A DNA stretch of 63,021 nucleotides, filler included, from Stramenopiles sp. TOSAG23-3 (Eukaryota), in the NCBI GenBank assembly GCA_900128585.1. It is 3 parts of 3 records of this genome, joined end to end, with 100 filler letters (N's around TTAATTAATTAA, not from the genome) between each part and the next. Parts side by side here need not be neighbours in the genome. Positions count along the whole stretch, not along the records: positions 42,160 to 63,021 come from LT642367.1; 2 more parts are not named here. One strand, 5' to 3'. The notes beneath the pieces were generated by a model. It ran no database searches. It was given only the letters and a program-made list of their open reading frames with translations, and had not been told where the DNA came from. Shown here piece by piece: positions 43,896-55,306 of the stretch (position 1 is its first letter; each line of letters begins with the position of its first letter). A program made the position numbers and the translations under genes.

Positions 43896-44176
43896 ACTTT
43901 TTGAAAACGTTTGTTTTTAGTACACTAAATAGATAAACGGAATTACATATTTTATTTTTTTTGTTTAGCAGCCCCAGAGTTTTGAGTAGAACTTGGAGCG
44001 ATATACGTCATTTGATAGCCGATCAAGATTTTCAGGAAGGGCATATACATACATATGTGTATACTTCCAAATCATTTTCTTCCTTCTCCTGTATCTTCCC
44101 TGCATCTACATCTAAAGTTTTTGTGATTTATGGAACAACAGGGTTGATGTTGATTTTTCTCGCGTTGTTCTTTTCT

Positions 44177-45454
44177 TCACTCGGTCCATTTCAAACCACC
44201 ACCAAGTAAAAATACTATTGTGTCATCTAAATGCAGTTCCATTGGCATCAAGAGTTCCATGGTTTTCTTTTCCACATCAACTTTCTGAACATTGCAAAAT
44301 CCAACACAAGAAGAATACGATGCATTCTTTTCTTGTACTTTACGAACAATACCTAGTATGCAATCAAGCAAATCCTTGGTTATGATAATTTCTTCCGGTG
44401 TTGATGTTCCCAATACACTGGTTTGACCTACAGGTAACAATTCTACATTGATTTTTGAAGAGCCAACAGAAACTATTTTGATGGCATTCCATGATACAGT
44501 TCTTAATATTGGGGATAATGATATATTACCCACACAGCCGTAAAAATAACCCTTTATGCTCGCATTCCGAATTTCTCTTCGATATTCAAAATTTTTTTCA
44601 ACTACCCCAGGCGGCCTTAATACCTTCATTAAAGCGACATTGGAAAGTTCAATGTTTTGTTGAATCCGCGAAAAAAGACGGTCATCTTCCATGATGACAA
44701 TAAGATTGACGCGAAATATCCTTACAACTGTTGCGATAAGTTCCAAACCTGTCTCATCTGCCCATGCACCCGTGTTAATTATTGCGCCTGAGTACTTAGT
44801 TTCGTTTCTCAATGTTTGAAGACGTCTATTTACTTTCATTGCAAACTGTTCTAGGACCGCTTTAAAATATTCGGAGTCAGCCCTGTAACTTTCGTGTCCG
44901 TACCATTGTATTAAAGGCTGCACAGGACAAACTCCATTACACGTGCTAGGGCTTTCGGAAGAATATTGGTAAGCTGAAAACGTGCCTGGTACAGAGAAAC
45001 CAGCATCTGCAACGTCTAAGTCCACAAAAATTGGACTGTGCTCGCGTTCGCGCCTCGCATATGATAATAAAATTCGACAGAGTGATGATTTACCACTATC
45101 ACTGCGTCCACATACAAGTACACGCGGTCCCTCGTCAAGCGAGTGTTGTGCGTTCTTGCGAAGGGTGTGTAATTGAACGTGCAGGTTCAAAAATTCTTTC
45201 ATAGACGGGTTGTTCCCAACGTACGCACTGCTGACATTTCTGCCCACAGCAATCTCGGCACCGCACCACGTAAATACAGCAAATTTGCAAGGTCCTTCAA
45301 AACAACTCTCTGACCCTAACTCAGAACCAAAGACTTCAGCGTAGCCAGAGATTAACCTCACCAGGCATCGTTGTCCTTCCAATATTTCTATGCGCAACTC
45401 TTCGCAGGCAGCAATTCTCCATTGTTTCTCGGTGCTTTGATTGGTGCTCACCAT
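44177..45454 (-). CDS. CLP1: Clp1 polynucleotide 5'-kinase / mRNA cleavage factor
   Basis: EELRIE, GYAEVFGSEL, AVFTWCG, GPRVLVCGRSDSGKSSLCRILLSYA (Walker A), FVDLDV, SGAIINT, YFYG...LSP. Confidence 0.95.
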   Translation of the reverse strand: MVSTNQSTEKQWRIAACEELRIEILEGQRCLVRLISGYAEVFGSELGSESCFEGPCKFAVFTWCGAEIAVGRNVSSAYVGNNPSMKEFLNLHVQLHTLRKNAQHSLDEGPRVLVCGRSDSGKSSLCRILLSYARREREHSPIFVDLDVADAGFSVPGTFSAYQYSSESPSTCNGVCPVQPLIQWYGHESYRADSEYFKAVLEQFAMKVNRRLQTLRNETKYSGAIINTGAWADETGLELIATVVRIFRVNLIVIMEDDRLFSRIQQNIELSNVALMKVLRPPGVVEKNFEYRREIRNASIKGYFYGCVGNISLSPILRTVSWNAIKIVSVGSSKINVELLPVGQTSVLGTSTPEEIIITKDLLDCILGIVRKVQEKNASYSSCVGFCNVQKVDVEKKTMELLMPMELHLDDTIVFLLGGGLKWTE

Positions 45455-48400
45455 GTTTCACAAAGGGGCGTGCTTGTTATCCGCGTTTAATGTGGGCCCA
45501 TAAACAAAGGAAAGTTAAATTCTCTGTTGACTGCCTTGTTTTCTGTCGCGCTTGTGGTCCAGTTTGATATGATAGCCTAGTCCGCGTTTTCGTTCTATGA
45601 CAAAAATCTCATGCAGAAATCTATATATTGGCAATATCTTAGATGGAACGGATGCACAAGTTCCTTCGCGGGCAAAAGTTTCTATCACGGTTTGTTATAC
45701 ATATTCAGACACTTCAAACAGCATGACAATGCCATAATGCAATTTCAGGTATGACAACCAAAACAGTGACATGATTGATTATTGAAATATTAATTTTGCT
45801 CCGCTGCCATTTGATGGGGAGGACCCCTGCCCTCATTTTACTTTTTAAGGATTACATATTTCTTTTTCTTGCGAAATGAGATTAAGGGGGTGGGGGGCGT
45901 ATTCTCGTCAATGTGTGTTGCGTGACAAAAAGATGGTTATTTTACCGTGTTGTATTATTAGCTAATTAACTCTTTGTGCATTTTCTGTTGTTGCTGCTGT
46001 TGTCGGACATAAGTTCTGATGTATTTCTACAGGGACAAAACGCCTGTGGTATTTCTATATATGATTTGCTTCAAAATGATGGTGTTTCTGTTTTTCTACA
46101 GTATTATCTCTTCGTATATTTGCTGTTGTGGTTGTTGTTTTGCTTCACGCCTGTGGTATTTCTATTTATTTTATTTTTGACAAAACGTTTCGTACTTGAA
46201 CTTCAACTCTAAATTTCAGTTTTTCCTACAAAGTGCTAAATTTGAATAAATTGTACAGAACCCTTCGAAGTGAATATACACTCTACTTGTATAAAAGTAT
46301 ATAAATAATCTATAGTTAATTATACAATATTATAGCATTACTAATGATGAAAACACTTAACTAATAGGAATGTAACCGATTCATTTATTCCAATTCTGTA
46401 CATAAAAATAATTCATCGACTGAATGTAAGAATTCCTTATTTTCGATTTTCCCTGCCCTCGTTTTTTTACTTGCACTTCGAGGGCAGGGAATAAAAAAAT
46501 GCATCAGCCGCCTCCCCGTTCGGGCGAGACCACCTGATCGTAATTTTTTAAGAGTAATTGATTAATACTTTTATTTAACCTATTCCTAACTCTAGTTATG
46601 GGGCAAAAGAAGTAGCGTCTATTATTGTTGTGAAGAACATAATTACACTTTGAGTCGTATTCTTTTTGTAGTGTAGTTTACTAGATACTTAGGTAATGTA
46701 ATGTAACATTAGAGCCTATTGTGCTCGGAAGTGTTTCTTCCTTACCTTAAGACGACTGTGGATAATTGAGCAAAATATTATTGGAATATAAAGTGTGCGT
46801 TTATTTGGCTGTAATAAAATAAATATTACGTTGGTATTTATAATTATTTTCTCTTCTTCTCCATTGTTTCTCCATTTTTCTGCTAACCGTCTGTCGGAAC
46901 GCTTTCCCATATATTCTAAGAGTGCAACAGTACTAATGTATCTCCCGCTGTTCTCCTATACTTGAGAGGTTCGTAGTAGCAAAAGGAAAATTCACTCAAA
47001 GCTTTAGTTTGTGAATATATCCGGTAGGTGTTTCGTTCTCGTGCGCGTGACTCCCTTTGGAAATTGATAGGCAATTATTTATGCGTACTTCTAGTTTTTA
47101 TAATAATAGAAGATAGGTGAGGAATTATGATAAAATAGCGGAGGACGATTATGATGATGATTTATTATATTTTTAATAAAATCTGATTTTATGCCTGTAG
47201 GCGATTTGCTTTTTTTGTTGAAAAGAGATTTTTAGCATCGGATTAGTAATATAGATTTCGAAAAGGTAATAACATTGATGGTCTATTTTGAGTATATAAT
47301 ACCTTAATATATTTGTTTGAGAAATTGTGATGAAGAAGAAGGGCGTACGATGCAATTGTCAGTGAAGTCTAATAACCATGAATTAGAATACGGTATTTAA
47401 ATAGATCCAATGATTGTTTTGTATAGTTTTATGTACATAACTATGAATTAGAATACAACATTTAAATTCTACCTATGATTATTATGTATACGGAATTTAA
47501 ATAATACCTCTTCCTCCTATATCATCTAGAACGAGCACATGTCATTCATTGACATATTCGATGATTAGGTGGTTTGACGAATTCAACCGGAAACGTTGTT
47601 CACTTTAATTTCAAGATTGAAAACTCGACATTTTTAGTTCGCGAAGAGAGAAGAAGATGGAAATTGTCGATATTAACGATTAACAGGGACACAGCATAAA
47701 CCGGAGAAACTGATCACCCAAATCAAGAAGAAGAAGATGAAAGAAGACACGAACACGACACAGCAACGGAGACTCTTTCTTAGTCATCGATCGTCATTTA
47801 GCACCGCAACTGTGATTTGTCATATATGGAAATATCAGTAGCGTTCTGTGATCTTACAGAAACTACAACACAAAATATACATTAAGATTAAAATAAAAAG
47901 CATCATTTCGTGACTCATAAAATATATTCTAGTACATAATATAATTATTTTAATAATTATGTCAGCTACACTCAAGTCGAGCCCTGCTGTTGCCATTCTA
48001 CTACTAAACACGAACGCGGCATGGTCCTTAAAACCACAAACACTTCATGCTTTAAAAGATTGCCACACCCCTTAAATCAGCAGGGTCATCGTGCCGGAGC
48101 TACCTCTAATAATATATTTCAACCGTTTTTTAAATAATAATTAATCACCTCATTTTGGCCTTAAAAATCGTAATCAACTGTTTAAATGTACATATTAGCA
48201 TGTCAATACAAGCATAATGCAATACAGAAATATTAAAAAACTCGTTACTGAATTTTGGGAGAAGACATTATCTCTTTGTTTGAAATCATCGTTTGCGCAG
48301 CAATTCTATAAAGTTAAAGTAATTCATGTACGTATTTATTTCCCACCGTAACTTCGTTGTTTCGAGAAACAGTTATTACCACGCGTACGTAAGGATTTAT

Positions 48401-48466
48401 CCCGAACATATAAAACCTTTAACAAAAGAACAAAGAAACTAAGCGCACACACATCAATTGAGGAAC

Positions 48467-49036
48467 ATGACTACCTGCGCCAAAGCACTTCAAGCATGGT
48501 CCGCTAAAGAGGAAACGCCATTGGAAGAGGCAAAAATTGTAAAAATTTACGCGCAGATTCCTCCCATTACAAAGATGGATAACTCTTTAAATCAACTTGT
48601 CGCTTGTGAACAATTGTCGATGTCGACTAACGCAATCGACAGAATTTTGCCATTACCTGGACTGAAAAGTCTCCAGCGATTATCCGTCGGACGAAATAAT
48701 TTGAAAAAAATTGATGCAGCGCTGGCTGCTGACCATGGCAATACGTTAAAACAATTATGGTGTTCGTACAATAAAATTAGTACTCTTGATGGCATTGACA
48801 AATTGTTGGCATTGGAAGTCTTATATATTTCGAATAACTCCTTGAAATCACTTGATGAACTGTCGAAATTAGGCGAGTTGAAAAATTTAAAAGATGTACT
48901 GTTTCTTGGAAATGAGATGTACAATGGTCTTAGTAAAGAAGAAAGACGAATTGAAGTATTGAAACGAATTCCTCATGTGACAAAAATTGATGGGGAAATG
49001 GTCACTCCCGCAGAGCGTGAGTCTGCCGGCGTCTAA
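48467..49036 (+). CDS. DNAL1: Axonemal outer-arm dynein light chain 1 (LRR)
   Basis: TTCAKALQAW, PPITKMDNSL, CEQLSMSTNAIDRI, LSVGRNNLKKI, LKQLWCSYNKI, KIDGEMV. Confidence 0.96.
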   Translation: MTTCAKALQAWSAKEETPLEEAKIVKIYAQIPPITKMDNSLNQLVACEQLSMSTNAIDRILPLPGLKSLQRLSVGRNNLKKIDAALAADHGNTLKQLWCSYNKISTLDGIDKLLALEVLYISNNSLKSLDELSKLGELKNLKDVLFLGNEMYNGLSKEERRIEVLKRIPHVTKIDGEMVTPAERESAGV

Positions 49037-49139
49037 TGTTTGCAGGGTGAACACGCAGCCGTGCAAGACATGGATTCGGTATATCAACATGCAATAAAAT
49101 CGACAAAACGCTGACATATTGGGGAAAATGTAATCTCCT

Positions 49140-51150
49140 AATTCACTTAAAAAAACAAATTATATAGTATGCTTTATCTAAATTAAAAAAAATAATAATT
49201 TATAAGTATGTTTCAATTTGATGTTAAACGACTCAAGGTTAATTCAGTTTTTAAAAAAACTAATTCAGTTTATCTAAATAAGCATACTATATAATTTGTT
49301 TTCTAAATGTTTTAATTTGATGTTCAACCACCCGAGGTTAACTTGATGTTTAAACACTCAGGTTTATTTTTCTTCTTTCTCTTTCTACAATTTCTGGAGT
49401 TTGGTCTATGTTGCTCTGTGTGTTGTGTGCTTATTTGTTTTCGTCTTTTTTTATTGTTTTGGGCGTCCATCAAATTAATCGTTGCCTTCTACCCTTCCTA
49501 GACATCATTGACGTGCTATTGTCCCCAAAATTACTTGCTTTTTTAACAGTCGGGGGCGATTTTACCCTCCGGTCATTCGGCATATCTGGTGAACTGACAT
49601 CCCACGCACGTTCAGGTGGCAAGGCCCCATATTTGAAATCACTGTCATCCCAGTCATCCAGTTCGTCCTCCGGCGTGTTTGAAAAATAGTAAAGACTAGG
49701 CAGTGCACTCTCTGTAGGGACGATGTTACCGTTTGTAGGATCAATTCCTTCTCCTCGCGGCAATTGGCTGCGGCTTGAACAGTGGCTGATATTGTTTTTT
49801 GTGTAGCCGAGGCTATCTAAACGGGAGTGATATCTTGAGTGTCAGGGCACTTCTAACGCAATGTTAAACATACTGTTATTTTTAAAAAAAAACTAAGTCA
49901 GTTTATCGAAGATAAATAGTAAATAAATAAAAAGCCTAATTCAGTTTATCTAACAATAAAAAAAACATATTATATAGTATGCTTTAAGACGCTCACTTAA
50001 TATTAGCCATTGGTTCTTGTCCAATTAACAATGTTTTTTTATTTATATATAGGTGATTACTAAAATCACACCAGTAGAGTTCATTTCGCAGTACATTAAT
50101 TTTAATCACTTAAATAACAGCCAATTTTCTTGTTTCTATATAGGTGATCTGTATTCAACAAATCGTTTCTTCTCTCGATGAAAGTCCCTGAAAGTTTCGT
50201 CCCTCTTGGGAGACTCTTGCGAGTAAATCACTTCTTCACCGAACCCGTCCCATCAGAGTCACTTGGAAAATCAGTCTCCCCGTTATACCAAAGTTCAATA
50301 AATAAATTTAAAAAAACCAAATTCAGTTTATCTAAATTATTAAGTAAATGTTTCCATTTGTTGGAACGTAAATATTTTCCTTTGATTGTAAACCACTCAG
50401 GTTAATCTTTTCTTTTTCTGTCGTATAAAAGCAAGAAGATAAACACAACAAACAACAAGCAAACAAAACAAAAAGCGAAATAATAGAAACCCAAGGCGGA
50501 AGAGGAAAAGAAAATGGAGAGGGGGAAAAATTAACCTGAGTGGTTTACAATCAAATGAAAACATTAAAAACAAAAAATTGGCTTTTATTTAGAGTGATTA
50601 AAATTTAGCTTCCTCGTATACCGCGAAAGGAATCTACTCAGCTTTTGTTTATTTTTTGTTAGTAGAGGTTTACATTAAAACAAGAAAGTTGGCTGTTATT
50701 TACACGAAGGAATGTAAACCTCGAATGTTTAGTAGATTTCAGTTCGCAGTACATTAATTTTAATTACTTAAATAACAGCCAATTTTCTTGATTTTATTTA
50801 AGTGATTAAAATTAATGTACTGCGAACTGAACGCTACTGGTGCGAATTTAGTAATCAATATATCCTTGTCACTTAGTCTTGACTATCATTTTTATATGTA
50901 CTATGCATGATCCGATTCGGTGAGTGAAAACGCGTTAACGCCATAAGACCCATTATCAACTTCCTCATCCAATATCTCACTCATAGATTAATCATTCCTT
51001 GTGTCGTTTTCCAAGCAGCGGCGTGAATGTTTTAAAGGTGCTCGCTGTCTGTAGAGGTTTACATTTACTTTACAAATCTAATGGAAAAATGTACTTGTAA
51101 TATACAGCCATTTTTTTGTTTTTTATGTACTTGTAATTTAGATAAACTGA
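49140..51150. mobile_element. Nested cluster of family copies and short sub-repeats
   Basis: Terminal motifs at 50132(-), 50571(+), 50681(+), 50790(-), 51118(-). Sub-repeats AATTCAGTTTATCTAA and TTATATAGTATGCTT. 26-bp perfect inverted repeat at 50381-50406/50530-50555. Longest colinear decayed ORF block at ~50800-51050 (minus). Confidence 0.8.
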
Positions 51151-52054
51151 ATTGGTTTTTGTTTTCTGTCTCAATTTTCTTTTGTCTCGAGTTTCTGTAG
51201 TTTCGCCTTTTGTTGGTTCAATTACCCCGGAAGAATTGTAGGGGCAGTTCTTTTCAAGAATTTGAACGCCTAGGTAAAAACGGAACCAACCGTCTTGCTG
51301 GTATCGATGCGCCTAGACACTGAACCACTTCTGATGCGCACAGATGTAGCTGGGGCAGTTTTCCGCCTTTGGCACAGCCAGGTATTTGGTCGGGGGAAGG
51401 CTGAGCACTTTGCGACAAATTCCAGTTCAGATTTAGGTCAAAAGTCGAGAAGAGGGCTTTCCCATCACGAAAGAGATTTCAGATTTTGTCGTGCCCTGCG
51501 TGTTTGTTCTGGTCCCGTCTCCCCAGCACTACACTCTTTTTATCGATAAATACATAATTTACTCGAATACTATCTGAAAGAAAATATTCAATCAAAGCCA
51601 CATTTTAAAATCTAAACGTCGTCTTAAATAAATAAATTAGGGACCTACCATTTGAAATTGCGTAAATTTATCCATTTAGCAACTTACGAAGGCTTTTCGT
51701 TGCAAGGAATGTCCTAAAATTAGTGAATTTTAGTGGAATTTCACAAACACATATACGTAACCGATTTTGTGCAGGATCACTTTTCATAGATTTTGTTTCA
51801 TGTCCAATATTACCAATTGACTGGAAATATTCACTCCGATAATTATCTGAAAAGTGAAATAGGCGGCAGAAACCCTTCGTTTAATATCGAAAAGAAGCCA
51901 ACAGAATTAATCAAGAAATCCTAATTTTCTTAAGCTGACTTTGCATTATTGCATTAAGTTTGTACAATAGGCCTATCTATCTCTATGATTAATCACAGAA
52001 CATAGTAGAACGACAAAGGTACCTGATGTGCTGGGATCTGTGCTAAATGCCTGA

Positions 52055-53692
52055 TCATTGAGTGGTTACTTCAAGTTTTTGAGACAAATAAGGAGACGCG
52101 TCTGCTGTTGCACAATAAATATCATATGATGTCATTGGCGACAGACCAGTGTATTCCATAATATGGTTGTCTCCACCATTTGTTTTCCCAGCAGGCAAGA
52201 CAGCAACCACCGGGCCATTTAATGCACCCACAGCTGCATTCCCGGTTCCCACGCCTCCCAGCACATTGCTTGCCGTCGGAATTACTGCACCATTTGCAAA
52301 TATTGCACAACGGATATTTATATCAGTCGCAGGATCTGCGGTAATAGTTATGCTTGAACTGGTTACGAAAATCATATGTGGCTGTTCAACAAAGCCGACT
52401 GTAATCACATCTAATCGCTTCGAAAGAATTCTATGGGGACTTGCAGTTGCGCAGTATACGTCATACTGTGTTGCAGCTGTCAAACCTGAATATGATATTT
52501 GGTGAACATCTCCAAGTAAAGATTTGTCTGGGACAAGGACATTTACAACAGGGCCATTAAATTCTCCAGTCTGAGATCGTCCATATCCAAGACCAGCTAA
52601 AACTTCAGTTGCTGATGGGACAATTGCATGGTTCGAATACACACCGCACCTTGTAGTTACATATAATGACGCGACAAGATTTATTGTAAAGCCTGTACTA
52701 CTTATCGAAGAAGCGAATGGCTGCTGGTTGAACCCGAACTTTCCCCGGTCAAAATTACTTCCTTTCTTTACAACTTCGCTGCATGATGTTCCAGTAAACC
52801 CTTTGAAACAACTGCAAATCCCAGTATCATAGTCACATGATCCTCGATTACTACAATCAATATGACATTTATTGCCAACGCTTCCATAACCTTTTATATG
52901 GCTATAGAGGCCTTGAACATCTACGGTTTCGTTATCAGATTTTATTTGTTTGGTGTTGTAGAAGTACACTCGGGTTCCACTAGAGTTCATAATCCCATTG
53001 TATGATTTCCCCTCGCAATTTGTTTCATCATCAACCGTTAATGGATCATTACCTGACGGGCATCGCTTCATAGAACAATCGGGGCCAAACCATTCCGTTG
53101 CTTGCGTTTCACCATTACCAAGACCGACTGACCAAGAGGAGTCACACAGGCAACCCATCAATTTTCTACCATCCCATTGTTTTGAATATGTGTACCTTTC
53201 GTATGTAGTGCTCACATTATGAAGAGGAAAACCACTCTCGTGCATTCCATACCTTGCAATATTAACACACTTCCCATGCCCACTGCAGTCGTCCGACACC
53301 CCATCCTGGGTCGGGCAAATGGTGCGATCACATGCAGGACCGCCATATCCTATAAAACACTGACACTCACCTGTGGCTGCATCACATAAACCACGGTTAC
53401 TACACTCAGCAAGTTGGTGACCAATATCTGAACTGTGTGGGCGATCGTTCCATGAAACGCCCGAAGGGCACAGACGTGATGTGCATCGCGGATCTTTATT
53501 TATTCCCATGTCTAAATTGTTACCAAATCCAACATGGCACAAACATCGTCGAAATGCGTAATCGTACACCCCTTTCTGCAAATTGCCACATCCCTCCATC
53601 CACTCATATTTGCCATGCCCCCATGTCCATCCCGCTGTATTCGCGACCGGCGATAATAGACAGAGAATTTTAAATAGAAAAATGCACCACAT
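52055..53692 (-). CDS. Secreted Sig1/mastigoneme-like EGF (tenascin-type) protein with two C-terminal ~105-aa repeats
   Basis: Signal peptide; ECSNRGLCDAATGECQCFIGYGGPACDRTICP, CSGHGKC, WDGRKLMGCLCD, GPDCSMKRCPSGNDPLT, characteristic of the stramenopile Sig1/mastigoneme family; tandem repeats ending YDVYCAT/YDIYCAT. Confidence 0.85.
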   Translation of the reverse strand: MWCIFLFKILCLLSPVANTAGWTWGHGKYEWMEGCGNLQKGVYDYAFRRCLCHVGFGNNLDMGINKDPRCTSRLCPSGVSWNDRPHSSDIGHQLAECSNRGLCDAATGECQCFIGYGGPACDRTICPTQDGVSDDCSGHGKCVNIARYGMHESGFPLHNVSTTYERYTYSKQWDGRKLMGCLCDSSWSVGLGNGETQATEWFGPDCSMKRCPSGNDPLTVDDETNCEGKSYNGIMNSSGTRVYFYNTKQIKSDNETVDVQGLYSHIKGYGSVGNKCHIDCSNRGSCDYDTGICSCFKGFTGTSCSEVVKKGSNFDRGKFGFNQQPFASSISSTGFTINLVASLYVTTRCGVYSNHAIVPSATEVLAGLGYGRSQTGEFNGPVVNVLVPDKSLLGDVHQISYSGLTAATQYDVYCATASPHRILSKRLDVITVGFVEQPHMIFVTSSSITITADPATDINIRCAIFANGAVIPTASNVLGGVGTGNAAVGALNGPVVAVLPAGKTNGGDNHIMEYTGLSPMTSYDIYCATADASPYLSQKLEVTTQ

Positions 53693-55157
53693 CCGAGATT
53701 ACCTTGACAATTTTTTTCAAAATTAAAAGGATTAAGTTTGTGGGGCGGATTCCAATTAACAATTAACAACTGAATTTGTGATCTCAAAATTATCAAAAGT
53801 TTCAGTATTTGAATATTTCAATTGTAAAAGTGGTAGGGAATATTGTACGATGGCTTTGTTGTTTTTTAAAGAAGAAATTTCCCTTGATGAGAACGGTCGA
53901 AAAGAGAGATTCATTTGTAGTCGTCTGCATAGTTATCCAAAAAAGTGCAAAATAAAGAACTATTTATTATGGAAAGAAAAACGTATAATTTGTGTAGTGC
54001 ATTATAGGTAAATAGTTTGTATTCTATTATTATGTGATTCGAACTAAGTCTGAATGTAATAATTAAGAAATTAATTCCCCGGGAGCCATAACGTAAAACA
54101 GCATAGGTCACCCTGCGAGAAAGAAAAAGAACAGCATGGAAAAAACTGCGACCGATGTGGTTGATAATTAATTATGACCAAAACTGAAACAAGTGTTTCA
54201 AATTAGAAAAAAACATTTGTTATCCAATGAGCAATGAGATGATCAAAATTTGCACGCTCACTTCTCATTTGCAGAGCAACCTTGGCCACGGTAAATAAAT
54301 ACACAGACGCACCTAAATGGCAATAAGAAACAAGATTCGCTTCCGCGCATCATCGTGGCTGTATAATTACATAATTATCCTTAACATTACAGCCTAAAGT
54401 CCTCCGACATTTATTAGTTTGTTTAAAGAACCTATGGCACGGATGGCCCTGTTGATTTAAGGGGTCCCCGGTCGCTCGAAATATGCGGCGTTCGTGGGTT
54501 TATGAAACATAAACAACCCAATTAATAGGTAATTAACGTTTTCTCTATATATAATACAATTGAGAAATTAAGATGATGAGATTTTTCCATTTTTTAGAGA
54601 AAGAAGGACTCGTACTAAATTATTTAAAAAACAATACTTTAGATAAGGCACAATGATACACGTTCGGTCACGCACAGTATTGTGCCTTTTCTAACTACAC
54701 TAGTTACTCTCCTTCTGTCTTATTTATCGACTTAGAGTATTTAATAATTAGTATTGAAGTATTTGGAGCCTTTCTTAATGTCAATTTTGAATCGACTTTT
54801 TGACATTCATCGCCGAAAATGGTCGATGTTTTTTATATACCTGCGAGAGTGAGTTATTTATCATCATGAAGATGACAACTACTGATGACAGTACATATTG
54901 TACCAGTAGAAGCAGTATAATCAAGACATATCAATGAATGAATCATAACCATTCGCCCTGTTATTCCCCTGCTAAATTTTTAAATCTTTGTTTGTGCGTG
55001 TCCAGCGTTATTTTAGTCATCAAAAAGAAGGAAGAAGAAATCGAAAAAAAAAACAAGAAAAGAGGGGAATCATACGTATAGGAAACCTAAAATATCAATA
55101 GTACAAAACTTTCCTGGCACTTGGCGTACATCTCATCTCTTTACAGACTTAAAAGCC

Positions 55158-55306
55158 AAGTGATAAATGTCGCATTTTAAAATTATTTTGGAAACCTACC
55201 CAATGATATGCCTATGTACTAATTAACCCTATTAAAACACATTAGAATACAAAACGACTAAACGGTTGGTTTCGAAAATAATTTTAAAATGCGACATTTA
55301 TCACTT
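55158..55306. mobile_element. 149-bp MITE-like foldback element (second family)
   Basis: AAGTGATAAATGTCGCATTTTAAAATTATTTTGGAAACC at the left end and its near-perfect reverse complement at the right. A one-ended copy lies at 43031-43093. Confidence 0.8.

Noticed and set aside
4287-51118. Repeated ~25-nt motif as a CRISPR-like array
   Set aside because: Copies are dispersed and in both orientations, spacing is irregular, intervening sequences are homologous to each other, and no cas genes are present.
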